A stretch of 40,885 bases of DNA from the NCBI GenBank assembly GCA_032718475.1, contig JAUCBJ010008266.1, positions 1-40,885 of the forward strand. The letters are read 5' to 3'. Position numbers and translations under genes: made by a program. The stretch is from Nemertoderma westbladi (taxonomy: Eukaryota > Animalia > Xenacoelomorpha). Shown here piece by piece: positions 24,902 to 37,933 of the stretch. The notes beneath the pieces were generated by a model. The model worked only from the letters and a program-made list of their open reading frames with translations, did no database searches and was not told the DNA's origin. Numbering within the stretch: position 1 is the first letter of the stretch; each line of letters opens with the position of its first letter.

Positions 24902-25901
24902 GTCAAGTTCTCGAATGTTCCCAGCTGAACGACATCCGATACGGGGGGATTCCGCGAGACGCCAAGCAGCGGGTCGATCTGGAGGCGAGGCAATCCGACC
25001 TTGACGACAAGTCCTTCACGGTGTGCAGCGGCCTGGACCTGGTCAACATCACGTCGACCCACTTCGTAGCGGCGAACAACGAGACCCAGAAGAAATGGGT
25101 CAAGGGCCTCCGCAGGATAACCCACAACTACAAAGCCAACAACATCTGCCCCACGAAGCAGCTCAAGAAGCACTGGATGCGAATACAATACTCGGTGAAC
25201 GCGGACGGCCGGATCCCCGTGCGGAGTATAACCCGCACCTTCGCGTCCGGAAAGGCCGAGAGACTCCTATTCAAATCGCTCCAAGAATTGGGTCTACCCA
25301 ACGGGAAGAACGACGACATCAGTGTGGACGACTTCACCCTCGAGAAGTTCTACCAGCTTTATCATATAATCTGCCCGCGTTCCGATCTAGAGCATTTGTT
25401 TAACCAGTACAGTTCGGGGACACCCGCTGTGTTAACTCTCGCGAAAATGTGCGAGTTCCTAAACGATAAACAGCGGGATCCCCGGTTGAACGAGATCCTC
25501 TTCCCGTTCTGGACTAAACAGAAGGTGCGGGAGTGGATCATACAGCGGTACGAGACCGACAAGTTGAGCATCGAGCGGGACGAGATCTCCTTCGACGGCT
25601 TCGTCAACTACCTCATGTCGGACGACAACTGCCCCGTGTTCCTCGACCGGCTGGACATCTACCAGGAGATGGACCAGCCCCTCTCCCACTACTACATCAA
25701 CTCGTCGCACAACACCTACCTCGTGGGCCGCCAGTTCGGCGGCAAGTCCGCCGTCGATATGTACCGGCAGGTCCTCCTCTCCGGATGCCGTTGCGTCGAA
25801 CTCGATTGTTGGGACTCCAAGGGCGGCGACGAACCCATTATCACGCACGGGAAGGCCATGTGTACCGACATTCTATTTAAAGACGTTATTCACGCTATAA
25901 G
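24902..25901 (+). CDS. PLCB4: PLC beta exon 2 (PH, EF-hand region, start of X domain)
   Basis: Acceptor cag|gt. Contains [29 protein letters not shown] and EPIITHG with both catalytic histidines. Donor AG|gtgagt is phase 2. Confidence 0.95.
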
Positions 25902-28050
25902 GTGAGTCCTTAGTATGTTTCATTATATATAATTACTCATCCGAAATGGCACTTGGAATCAAGTTTCATGAAAAATCACACAAATCGCAGCAGCATATAA
26001 AAATATTCAGGCTACTTCTAGCGATCTGCGTGATAAACTACAATGTTGTTTCGTGAATTTCCATTACGACTTAAACTTCCTTCCCAAATCGTTTAATTTC
26101 TCTTTAAACTCGTGATTGCTTAGTGCCTCCGGTGTATTTTATATTTGTTTACATTCTGTGGACCGAATGAATTTGGACCTGCGCTCAAATTCAACACCAT
26201 TTATTTACCGTATACACAATCTACCATACTATGGCTAATCGTGGAGACAGCCCTGTGAGAAACCTCTTCCCAATAACTGCTTCCCGAAAAATCCATCTAA
26301 AATATTCGCTTTTCTCAGTAAAACTTGTAAAAAACTTCAATTATTGAACTACCAGAAGGTTTAAAATTAAATAACAACCGGTATTAACGTTGCATGCAAA
26401 CAGTGATCAGCTGGCTGAAGGAACGTGATTGGCCCAAGTTTATGGTGCTGCTTCCCAGCGGTTAGTTTGTCTGCGTACGTACGTACAATATGCATCTTGC
26501 TTCGTTTTATTGCCTCTATTTTTCCGTTTGGTATCTCACTCTACTCTATTGTAGTTTCCTGGATGGCCTGCGCTGTGCGCGCCGTGTCGCATACAGCGCG
26601 TCGGCCGGATGCCGATGAAGTGTCTACGGAAGGTTACTTTCTACTTAACCTGTACCTTGCTGCTCTTATTGCTGTTTAAATGGGGGTCCAATAGTTTACG
26701 AATCCTTTCAAGCTGTCAGTAAGATAGAATAGCGTTATCACTAACTATGAAACATTTGTAGTGCACTTTATTCTCAGCCGGCAAGGTAAAGTCGCCTTAC
26801 ATCCTAAAGGCGTTAGTTCTGGGGAATGTTAGGTCCTATTGCAACAAACTTGGCGTTAATTAATAGACGGTTACATTACATTTATTGTTAAGATTATACA
26901 ATTTGCTGTAGTTAATAGCCGTGGTTGTGCCGTTAATTACTCTGGTCTTGTATACAAACACAGTGGCTGAATCCTGAAGGTCGTTTATTTTTTTGTTATT
27001 AATTTAAACATCGTAATATTGGTAGTAGTGGGTGCGGGTGGAGAGACTAATAAAGGTTGTTCTAAAAATAGTATAATAATATTGTGGAAGGTCGTATATG
27101 ACTTTGGGTTGAACCAACGCGGCACTACTGTAGTCAGTATCGCGATATCAGGTTCACCCACTGCCGCCTGAGACTGTCTATATTCAATTATTCAGGTAGG
27201 ATGGCGGGATCTCTGGACTGGATGCCATCAAAATCTATCCCTTATAGGAAAATCGACGCAAATAGATTACATATATAACTTTAACCTGTTCTATGGACTT
27301 TATTTTATTGTTTTGATTAGAATAAGTGGCACAGTAATAACCTCATCTCCTTTCCCTGGTGACCTAACGGAACACTGTCTGTCCTACCTGTCTGTGTGTG
27401 TGTTTACTATAGTTTACAAACAGTCACACTCAATATATTATGTATTTATTCATCCATAGGTTATCCAACGAAGTATAAATCTACATTAGGTATAGAGGTA
27501 CTCCACCCTCCCCCCTCCCCTCCATGTCATATTCTCAGAGGAATTGTAATGTATAGTTTAAGGTTTCGATAACAATTCATTTTACTTATATCCGTGGATG
27601 TGTCATTCTTTCTGATTGAATATTAATCGAGCATTTTCTGATGACTTTACTGGCTAGCTTTTCGCCTTTATAAATTTAACAATACCGGTACTTATTAATT
27701 AAATGTATATGGTATGCCTTAGCTAATGCTGCTATTTATATTTTAAATGTAAGCTAAATTCTAACTTAATGGGATCACCCCTACTTTGAAAGTGACCCAA
27801 AGGGTGACTTAAGGTTGAGGCCAGCCTGTGCGTCACCGATTTGTTTTCTAATATCAAACAATTTCTAATTCGAATATATTTTATATCGGATTATATCGGT
27901 ATGTCGTTATAAAGTAATATATTATTTAACCCATTTTCATTCATATGACACTGTTGGCATAAGGTCTAATCTAATCAGTCACAAATTTGTAATACGTTAC
28001 TCAACTTAGTTGTGAGTAAATTATAAGCGGTCGTTGTTTATAGCAAGGCA

Positions 28051-28801
28051 ACTGGCTTTGTGTCTCTCCCAGACCGTTGTAGCCAGGTTGTAGTGGTTGT
28101 AAACCATAAGTTACTGGCTTTGTGTCTCTCCCAGACCGTTGTAGCCAGATTGTAGTGGTTGTAACCTTAAGTTGCTGGATTTGTGTCCCCCATGTCGTTG
28201 TAGCCAGGTTGTAGTGGTTGTAAACCATAAGTTACTGGCTTTGTGTCGCTCCCAGGCCGTTGTAGCCAGGTTGTAGTGGTTGTAAACCATAAGTTACTGG
28301 CTTTGTGTCTCTCCCAGGCCGTTGTAGCCAGGTTGTAGTGGTTGTAAACCATAAGTTACTGGCTTTGTGTCTCTCCCAGGCCGTTGTAGCCAGGTTGTAG
28401 TGGTTGTAAACCATAAGTTACTGGCTTTGTGTCTCTCCCAGGCCGTTGTTGCCAGGTTGTATTGGTTGTAAACCATAAGTTACTGGCTTTGTGTCTCTCC
28501 CAGGCCGTTGTAGCCAGGTTGTAGTGGTTGTAAACCATAAGTTACTGGCTTTGTGTCTCTCCCAGGCCGTTGTAGCCAGGTTGTAGTGGTTGTAAACCAT
28601 AAGTTACTGGCTTTGTGTCTCTCCCAGGCCGTTGTAGCCAGGTTGTAGTGGTTGTAAACCATAAGTTACTGGCTCTGTGTCTCTCCCAGGCCGTTGTTGC
28701 CAGGTTGTATTGGTTGTAAACCATAAGTTACTGGCTTTGTGTCTCTCCCAGGCCGTTGTAGCCAGGTTGTAGTGGTTGTAAACCATAAGTTACTGGCTTT
28801 G
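28051..28801 (+). repeat. 62-bp minisatellite, about 12 copies, in PLC intron 2
   Basis: Unit gttactggctttgtgtctctcccaggccgttgtagccaggttgtagtggttgtaaaccataa. Confidence 0.98.
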
Positions 28802-29484
28802 CCACCATATCCATTATCCACTAATCGGAGCAAATGGCGAGATAATCTCTTTCAGTTATCGATTCGGTAAAGAAACGTACTGAATTACGCGATCAAATGC
28901 TATTTATTGTTCCCAAGGGGGAAATATAATTATTTAGCATTCTTTAGAATTGCAATATGCATGCATGCGAGTGCGAGACCACGTATATAGCCAGAGTGCT
29001 AACACCTTCAATGAGATGTGCACTTTAAACTACATCAAAGTTTGCAAGGTTTGCGAAAGTTTGCCAAAGCATCCTTCTCCCAAGTTGTATAAAATATACC
29101 TTTAATCCACTTTATAAATATTTTCAGCTATACTGATGTCTAATAAATACTTCAACCTAAAAATGTTACTTGTTTTTGTCTTTATAATCTCAACTTATAA
29201 GATGAGATTCTTAATATACTTATGCCTTACATTGTTCGTACGAACATACACAACATACTCATTTTATGTTCGATGCGTGTAACTGTAAACCAAGGTGTGC
29301 TAAATAACTATATTAGTAGATTATTATTACTACTTTTATTATTATTATTATTATTGATTATTATTATTATTAGATCATTATTACTACAATTAGTAGACCT
29401 TGGTACAAACATACATGTATTATATAGGATTATAGGTACATAAACGATATTCTAGAACTAATTATTTTTTTCTCTTGTTACTAG

Positions 29485-30883
29485 GGATACGGCTTTCGTC
29501 ACTTCAGATTTCCCTGTTATATTGTCCTTCGAGAACCATTGCTCCAAACCAATGCAACTGAAGATGGCCCAGTACTGTGAGGAAATATTCGGAGACCTGT
29601 TACTGAAGGATCTTCTACCGAACTTCCCGATCGCTCCCAATGTGGCGCTCCCGCCGCCAAACGCGCTCCGACGTAAGATCTTAATAAAAAACAAACGGCT
29701 GAACCCGGACGTGGAGCGGATCCAGTTGGAAGCCTACAGGAAGGGGCAGATGCTGTTGGAAGACGCGGAGGCAGCTGATAACCCCGAGGTCGTAGTCGAC
29801 AACCTGGAGGAGGCCCACCCCGAGATGAAACCTGTGGTCGCGGAGAAGAAAGAGGAGGAAGAAACCACTGAGGAGGACCCCCAGGCGGCGTTCGAGAGTT
29901 ACGTGTACCGCGGCGCGACGACCAACATCCACCCGCTCCTCTCCTCGCTCGTAAACTACGCCCAACCGGTCAAGTTCAGCGGTTTCGACGTCGCCGAAGA
30001 CAAGAACATCAACCACAACATGAGCAGCTTCGCGGAGACCAGCGCGATCGCCTTGCTCAAGACCTCCTGCATCGAGTTCGTCAACTACAACAAGCGCCAA
30101 CTCAGTCGGATCTACCCCAAAGGCAACCGGGTCGACTCCAGCAACTACATGCCGCAGATCTTCTGGAACACCGGCTGCCAGATGGTCTCGCTCAACTTCC
30201 AGACGCCGGACCTCGCCATGCAGCTGAATGCCGGCAAGTTTGAGTACAACGGAAACTGCGGTTACCTACTCAAGCCGGAGTTTATGCGACGCAAGGATCG
30301 CACGTTCGACCCGTTCTCGGAGACCCCGGTGGACGGCGTGATCGCGGCCCACTGCTCGGTGCAGGTTGTCTCGGGTCAGTTCCTCTCCGACAAGAAGATC
30401 GGCACCTACGTGGAGGTCGACATGTACGGACTGCCTACTGACACGATCAGGAAGGAGTTCCGCACACGGATGGTCCCCGGGAACGGACTCAACCCGCAGT
30501 ACAACGAGGAGCCCTTCGTGTTCCGCAAGGTCGTGCTCCCGGATCTCGCGGTCCTCCGGGTGGCCGTCTACGACGAGAACAACAAGATGATCGGGCAGCG
30601 AATCCTCCCTTTGGAGGGCCTCCAGGCCGGTTACCGACACGTGAGTCTGCGCACCGAGGGTAACTTCCCCCTCTCCCTCCCCACTATACTCTGCTGCATC
30701 GTGCTGAAGACTTACGTCCCCGACGGGTTCGGCGACTTCGCCGAGGCGCTCAGCTCGCCGCTCGCCTTCCTCTCCCAGGCCGAGAAGCGGGCCAAGCAAA
30801 TGGAAGCGATGGGGGTGGATGAGGCGGACGCTAACGTCAGCGTAACAAGCGTGGGTACCGGGAAGAAACGGGACCTTAAAAAG
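29485..30883 (+). CDS. PLCB4: PLC beta exon 3 (end of X, acidic X-Y linker, Y, C2, proximal CTD)
   Basis: Acceptor tag|G restores [20 protein letters not shown]. Contains [16 protein letters not shown] and [20 protein letters not shown]. Donor AAG|gttggt is phase 0 and matches exon 4. Confidence 0.93.
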
Positions 30884-31223
30884 GTTGGTAATCACGTGAT
30901 ATTATTAGGGTTCTCTATAAAATCCGGAAGTGACGTCATAAATTGTAATTTAAGTTTATTAAAAAGTTACTTGTGACTTCCTTTTACATAACAGTAAAAA
31001 TTAAAGTTAACCATATCCGATTGTGACCTCTTAATGTGAATAAACATAAAACAATTGGTTTCAATTTTTAATTTTTATAAATAAATTGGAGTTGAGCTGT
31101 TATTGCAACAAATTGTAATTAAAGGTGTAATATTATGGTTTTGTTCAGAAATATAAAAAATGAGAAAGCGCGTCACCGGCAGAAATATAAAAAATGAGAA
31201 AGCGCGTCACCGGGGTTTGAACC

Positions 31224-31269
31224 ATCGCTATACGTACGTTTCAGCCTATCAGGCCTCATCAGTAGCGCT
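31224..31269 (-). ncRNA. Minimal type I hammerhead ribozyme
   Basis: Minus strand reads AGCGCUA-CUGAUGA-GGCCU-GAU-AGGCU-GAAA-CGUACG-UA-UAGCGAU: stem I, conserved core, stem II, short palindromic stem III and a GUA cleavage triplet. Confidence 0.85.
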
Positions 31270-31634
31270 AACCAGTTCAGCCACGTGTCCCTGACATTCA
31301 CTATCCCACCTAATCCACTTTTATTGAACAGGCAGTCTTAAGTTGCATATCCTATCTCTAACAGCGGACCTACCGGCCTCAAGTATGTTAGAGTGAAACA
31401 GGAGGAAAGTACAAATAAATAAATATACAGCTCGGGTATTGCTGCCAGGATATATTATATAAATAAATTGGAGATGTGCTGTTAATGCAACTGTAATTAA
31501 AGATGTAATATTATGGGTTTGTTCAGAGGTGGAAAAAATGAGAAAGCGCGTCACCGGGGGTTGAACAGGCAGTCTTAAGCGACTGCCTGTTCAATAAAAG
31601 TAGATTAGGTGGGATAGTGAATATCAGGGACAAG

Positions 31635-31729
31635 TGGCTGAACTGGTTAGCGCTACTGATGAGGCCTGATAGGCTGAAATGTACGTATAGCGCTGGTTCA
31701 ACCCCCGGTGACGCGCTTTCTCATTTTTT
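31635..31729 (+). promoter_or_regulatory. Pol III type 2 promoter-like A and B boxes and T6 terminator around the hammerhead
   Basis: TGGCTGAACTGG (31635-31646), GGTTCAACCCC (31695-31705) and TTTTTT (31724-31729). The motifs are mirrored in the minus copy. Confidence 0.6.
31649..31694 (+). ncRNA. Minimal type I hammerhead ribozyme (sense to the PLC pre-mRNA)
   Basis: AGCGCUA-CUGAUGA-GGCCU-GAU-AGGCU-GAAA-UGUACG-UA-UAGCGCU. Stem I is a perfect 7 bp. Predicted cleavage is after A31687. Confidence 0.82.
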
Positions 31730-33377
31730 CCATTTCTGAACAAAACCATAATATTACATCTTTAATTTTTATTGCAGTGGCCCCAAGATTTGTCATGACG
31801 TCATAATTGTAGGTCGGTATTAAACTGGACGCAGTGAGCAATGACGTCAATCGCGTATTTGACGTTTACAATGTTTATTAATTTATTTTTAGTGACTCTT
31901 TTTATGGCTCATTTTATTTCCCTTGCTTGCCCGTCACAATTGTTGCTGCCCAATCTGCCCACGTCATTCAACTTTGATGTAATTTATTTTTCAGGCTGTA
32001 ATATAGATTACTGATCAAAGGCTATTATTTCTCTATTATAAATTCATTAAATCTACAATGAGGGAATTATTTCATTTCTAAAGCCTTTAATGAGACGGTA
32101 ATTCATACACTAACCATATGGCTTGTTATCAACATAGGTTGTATAGTATACCCTGGCCCAATCTGCCCCCCCCCCCCCCCCCCCACCCTTCGTAATAATT
32201 ACCATACCGCGGGTCGCGTCAATAATACCCCTCATGTTATACGGCCGGATTCACCCGAATAAAACCAAGCCATAGTGACATAATTACCCACCGGTAGGTA
32301 TACTCCTACCTGTAGGGATAGGCGCAGTGTTTTCGCGCGAGTTTTAATGAAACAAGAAAGATTTGATGACAGGCGAGAAAGAATATTGGATGCGATGAAT
32401 TATGGCGTTTGTGTGCTGGATAAGTTAACGCGCGCCGGTAAGCTTAGCCCAAAGGGCAGTGTGCATTGATTCGTACTTCCTTGGTAATCATACAGTCCTT
32501 CCTTTAGGATATACTGTCTTACATCGGAGCTTCCAGCATCGACAATAATGGTAGCATGTCTTACTGTGTTCAGATTTTCAGCTAATTTATCACTCTTTGT
32601 ACCTGGTATTACCCGCCAAAATTATTAATCTCTTGCGTTGGATAAATACACAGTTGGATATGCCCGTCTAGCATGTAGGGCGTAGGCAGACATTATATGT
32701 GGGGTGGGGCATTACGCAGACAATCATTATGTACACGTTGTTTGCAAACAGTACACGACCGACAATCCAAGATGGACGACTTTATTATCACGGTCTTCTA
32801 CTTTATACCACTGACTGCTGCTTTACATCACGCACTACTACTTTAAACCACTGACTGCTACTTTACCCCACTGACTGCTGCTTTACATCACGGGCTACTA
32901 TGTGTATGTTTGTATTTATAGACCATAAATGAATAACAAAAATAACACATAATTAAATAAACAATTGAATCTGAACATAGTCTTGCGAAGAGATAATTTT
33001 TACAGATGATTCAGACAATTGATATTTACAGTTGAACTGATGATACGGACACACATGATACAAGACATGCAGTATATGGGACATTCGAAGGCCGCAACAC
33101 AGTCGAATAGACATAGAGCAAACAACACGGTGGACTGAACATACCGATATAAACAAACAACAATGTGAAATAAACAATCAAACATTATACTAGACGTAGA
33201 AGAGGAAGTATCTACCATGGGCAAAGTCAACAAAAAGACAAACAACAGATTACAAAGTCAACAAAGAGATAAACAACAGATTACCAAGTCAACATAGAGA
33301 CAAACAACATATTATTACATATTATTATCAATGATGTCAATAATCATTAATGGAGTCTTGCATGATGATCACGTCAT

Positions 33378-33650
33378 ATAAATATGTACTTACACATGAG
33401 TTCCTTGCATGTTGGTCCTAATAAAGAATCTCTAAAATATATAATAATAATAAATTAATACTTACATATGTATAAATATGTACTTACATGAGTTCCTTGC
33501 ATGTTGGTCCTAATAAAGAATCTCTAAAATATATAATAATAATAAATTAATACTTACATATGTATAAATATGTACTTACATGAGTTCCTTGCATGTTGGT
33601 CCTAATAAAGAATCTCTAAAATATATAATAATAATAAATTATTAATACTT
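33378..33650 (+). repeat. 3 x 92-bp AT-rich tandem repeat
   Basis: catgagttccttgcatgttggtcctaataaagaatc starts at 33395, 33487 and 33579. Confidence 0.93.
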
Positions 33651-33739
33651 ATACTTACCTATGCGTAAATAAATTTCTGTACACACATAAATTAATACTT
33701 ACATATGTATAAATATGTTTCCGTACACACATAAATTAA

Positions 33740-36023
33740 CTACATTACACTACGGACTTGTTACTTTACACCACTGACTACAACTACATAACAATACGAA
33801 CTTGCTACTTTACACCACTGACTACAACTACATAACAATACGGACTTGCTACTTTACACCACTGACTACAACTACATAACAATACGGACTTGCTACTTTA
33901 CACCGCAGACTACAACTACATAACACTACGGACTTGCTACTTTACACCACTGACTACAACTACATAACAATACGGACTTGCTACTTTACACCACTGACTA
34001 CAACTACATAACACTACGGACTTGCTACTTTACACCACTGACTACAACTACATAACACTACGGACTTGCTACTTTACACCACTGACTACAACTACATAAC
34101 AATACGGACTTGCTACTTTACACCGCAGACTACAACTACATAACACTACGGACTTGCTACTTTACACCACTGACTACAACTACATAACAATACGGACTTG
34201 CTACTTTACACCACTGACTACAACTACATAACACTACGGACTTGCTACTTTACACCACTGACTACAACTACATAACAATACGGACTTGCTACTTTACACC
34301 ACTGACTACAACTACATAACAATACGGACTTGCTACTTTACACCACTGACTACAACTACATAACAATACGGACTTGCTACTTTACACCACTGACTACAAC
34401 TACATAACAATACGGACTTGCTACTTTACACCGCAGACTACAACTACATAACACTACGGACTTGCTACTTTACACCACTGACTACAACTACATAACAATA
34501 CGGACTTGCTACTTTACACCACTGACTACAACTACATAACAATACGGACTTGCTACTTTACACCACTGACTACAACTACATAACAATACGGACTTGCTAC
34601 TTTACACCACTGACTACAACTACATAACAATACGGACTTGCTACTTTACACCGCAGACTACAACTACATAACACTACGGACTTGCTACTTTACACCACTG
34701 ACTACAACTACATAACAATACGGACTTGCTACTTTACACCACTGACTACAACTACATAACAATACGGACTTGCTACTTTACACCGCAGACTACAACTACA
34801 TAACACTACGGACTTGCTACTTTACACCACTGACTACAACTACATAACAATACGGACTTGCTACTTTACACCACTGACTACAACTACATAACAATACGGA
34901 CTTGCTACTTTACACCACTGACTACAACTACATAACAATACGGACTTGCTACTTTACACCGCAGACTACAACTACATAACACTACGGACTTGCTACTTTA
35001 CACCACTGACTACAACTACATAACAATACGGACTTGCTACTTTACACCACTGACTACAACTACATAACAATACGGACTTGCTACTTTACACCACTGACTA
35101 CAACTACATAACAATACGGACTTGCTACTTTACACCGCAGACTACAACTACATAACACTACGGACTTGCTACTTTACACCACTGACTACAACTACATAAC
35201 AATACGGACTTGCTACTTTACACCGCAGACTACAACTACATAACAATACGAACTTGCTACTTTACACCACTGACTACAACTACATAACAATACGGACTTG
35301 CTACTTTACACCACTGACTACAACTACATAACAATACGGACTTGCTACTTTACACCGCAGACTACAACTACATAACACTACGGACTTGCTACTTTACACC
35401 ACTGACTACAACTACATAACAATACGGACTTGCTACTTTACACCACTGACTACAACTACATAACAATACGGACTTGCTACTTTACACCACTGACTACAAC
35501 TACATAACAATACGGACTTGCTACTTTACACCGCAGACTACAACTACATAACACTACGGACTTGCTACTTTACACCACTGACTACAACTACATAACAATA
35601 CTAACTTGCTACTTTACACCACTGACTACAACTACATAACAATACGGACTTGCTACTTTACACCACTGACTACAACTACATAACAATACGGACTTGCTAC
35701 TTTACACCGCAGACTACAACTACATAACACTACGGACTTGCTACTTTACACCACTGACTACAACTACATAACAATACGGACTTGCTACTTTACACCACTG
35801 ACTACAACTACATAACAATACGGACTTTCTACTTTACACCACTGACTACAACTACATAACACTGCGGACTTGCTACTTTACACCACTGACTACAACTACA
35901 TAACACTACGGACTTGCTACTTTACACCACTGACTACAACTACATAACAATACGGACTTGCTACTTTACACCACTGACTACAACTACATAACACTACGGA
36001 CTTGCTACTTTACACCACTGACT
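33740..36023 (+). repeat. 44-bp minisatellite, about 52 copies, in PLC intron 3
   Basis: Unit cggacttgctactttacaccactgactacaactacataacaata, with a recurring ccgcag/aacacta variant. Confidence 0.99.
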
Positions 36024-36118
36024 AGTGACTACCGCAATACACCACTACTGACTACTGCATTGCATTACACCAAAGAAATTGAAAAAACTAATTCCAATAC
36101 CCCAGCCATGATGTTTAT

Positions 36119-36275
36119 TGGTACCAACAAACAACTGAAATGACCAATAATAGCTCTGGTGAGACTGGTGAAATATCCATGGAGGCAGTTTTCTCAAACA
36201 CTTGTAGCAAAAGTTTGAAAGCGAAAATAAAATACTGCCTGACCATTCCAGCTAGTTAATAGGGAGGTCAAAGAC
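36119..36275. mobile_element. Decayed fragment of the MITE family A right arm
   Basis: gtaccaacaaa...aaacacttgtagcaaaag..gaaagcgaaaataaaat...gggaggt is colinear with 4113-4260. Confidence 0.55.
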
Positions 36276-37933
36276 AAATTATCTTACAAATAAATAACCT
36301 ATTACAAGGTTTATTCTTACAAAGCATTTAGCTACCATTTAAGGACGCGAAAAAAAAATACTTTAAATAGCCACTAGACAGTGATGATCTCTGACGTACA
36401 CTTATTTAAATGGTCGCGAAATGTGAAGTTTGTTAGTTCTGAGTTGTCCGCGCAGGAAATAAGTCGTCAGATTTTGACCAAGACGCTCGAAAAATTTCAC
36501 CAGGAGGCTGGCCGTATTTTATCTTAATCTTTTGTTGCACCGAATTTCCGTTCGTCCGCGCCATTTCTGAGATCTCGGCGTTGAAACATAAAGATTGGCC
36601 GATTTGTCTCTCAGTAAACCTCAAACCTACTACTACAGCTCAGAGCTTTGGCTACTATGGTAAGGGTAACCTACCGGTAATTCCTAATTAGATGTGTCTT
36701 TGGGCTGAGTATACTTTGTTTTTTTACCTGAACCAAAGTCTCCTCTTGCAACATCTATATATGGTAAAAATGAATACTAGCTGTCCCAAGAGGCCTAATA
36801 GCCTCGGCGGTAGCAATTACATCCTTGGTTAATTGCCCCCCCCCCCCCCCCCCTCCCTCCCCCACCACCTCACCCCCATGTCATATACAGCCCGATGACA
36901 TGTTTCCTCAAGAACCATTTACATTACTTACTGTCATGTAATCTATTTTGTTTTGCCTCCATCATCAATAATTAATCAATATGATTGCTCTAGCCATCCA
37001 ATATGCGCGTAGCTCAGCACGGCGGCTGCGAAATCATCTCGCCGCGTGTACACTCACTACCGTTCCATGTTGCGCTTCAATTCTGTCGCGCGCGGAGTTG
37101 CAATTACACAGCGCAGACGCCTCATAGCGCGTTAGTCGCGGGAGTTAGGATGGCGTGAGCCGAAACAATAGTCGATGAATGGAGGATAATTAATTGTGGA
37201 GGTGAATATTGTGTAGACGTCTTCCCTACCATATCGTACTCACACGATCTATTCCCTTCGCCACACGGACGGCCTCACTTAAAGTAATGCCACTCCTTCC
37301 ACACCGTAGATAGATAACCCTTCCCTGTTGTAGCTGGCAGAATTAACTTTAGCTAACGATCCCCCCACCCTGCCTTTCCTCTCTTCGCGACCAACGAAGA
37401 GAACCTGATTTATTTCTTTCCAGTTATGTTGGTCCAGCAATCTTCCGGGCTCTCTCTCTCTCAGCGCACAACGCCGTCTCGGTTATGTGGGGAACTGGTG
37501 CGGGAAGCTATGGGTATGGATGGGGGAGGTGGGGGGGGGGGGGGGGTGCGTGGGTGGGTTGGTAGCGGTGAGATACCGGTCACGGGGTAATGCGCTTTCA
37601 ATCTGCTCAAATAACTACCCAATAGGGCAGCTTATGGCTATCGCGTAGAGAGTAGCTATATTCAATTCCAGCCATCAGCAATATTTACAATATTCAATTT
37701 TATAAAGTCCAGTTTTCCGAATCTCGGTCAGCCTTTTATATTCAGTTTTTATGACCGAATTAATACCAAAATCTTGCCATATTTTTGACCTTGATGAAGT
37801 TTTAAAGAATTTATAAAATAACAAACAAAAATATCCTCTCATAAACGTGGAAAACTTCGTAAAAGATTGGGTTTAATAACCTACCCAGTTTGTTAGAGTG
37901 TCTAAATTAATTCCGTGTTGTTTCTCTCTTTAG

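Larger units (their letters stand above)
31077..31770. mobile_element. Hammerhead-containing ~350-bp repeat (retrozyme/SINE-like): two tandem minus copies plus one inverted plus copy
   Basis: 31077-31220 realigns with 31459-31566 (period 382 including a 34-bp internal duplication). 31581-31767 is the reverse complement of ~31115-31337. Confidence 0.8.

Noticed and set aside
28001-28786. Series of 60-aa minus-strand ORFs
   Set aside because: They are translations of the 62-bp tandem repeat.
24898-30895. Antisense and alternate-frame ORFs over PLC exons 2 and 3
   Set aside because: They are shadow ORFs expected from GC3-rich codon usage and show no recognisable motifs.
30884-30976. ORF-track C-terminal extension VGNHVILLG...
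   Set aside because: It is read-through into intron 3. Composition shifts to AT-rich and a phase-compatible donor lies at 30883/30884.
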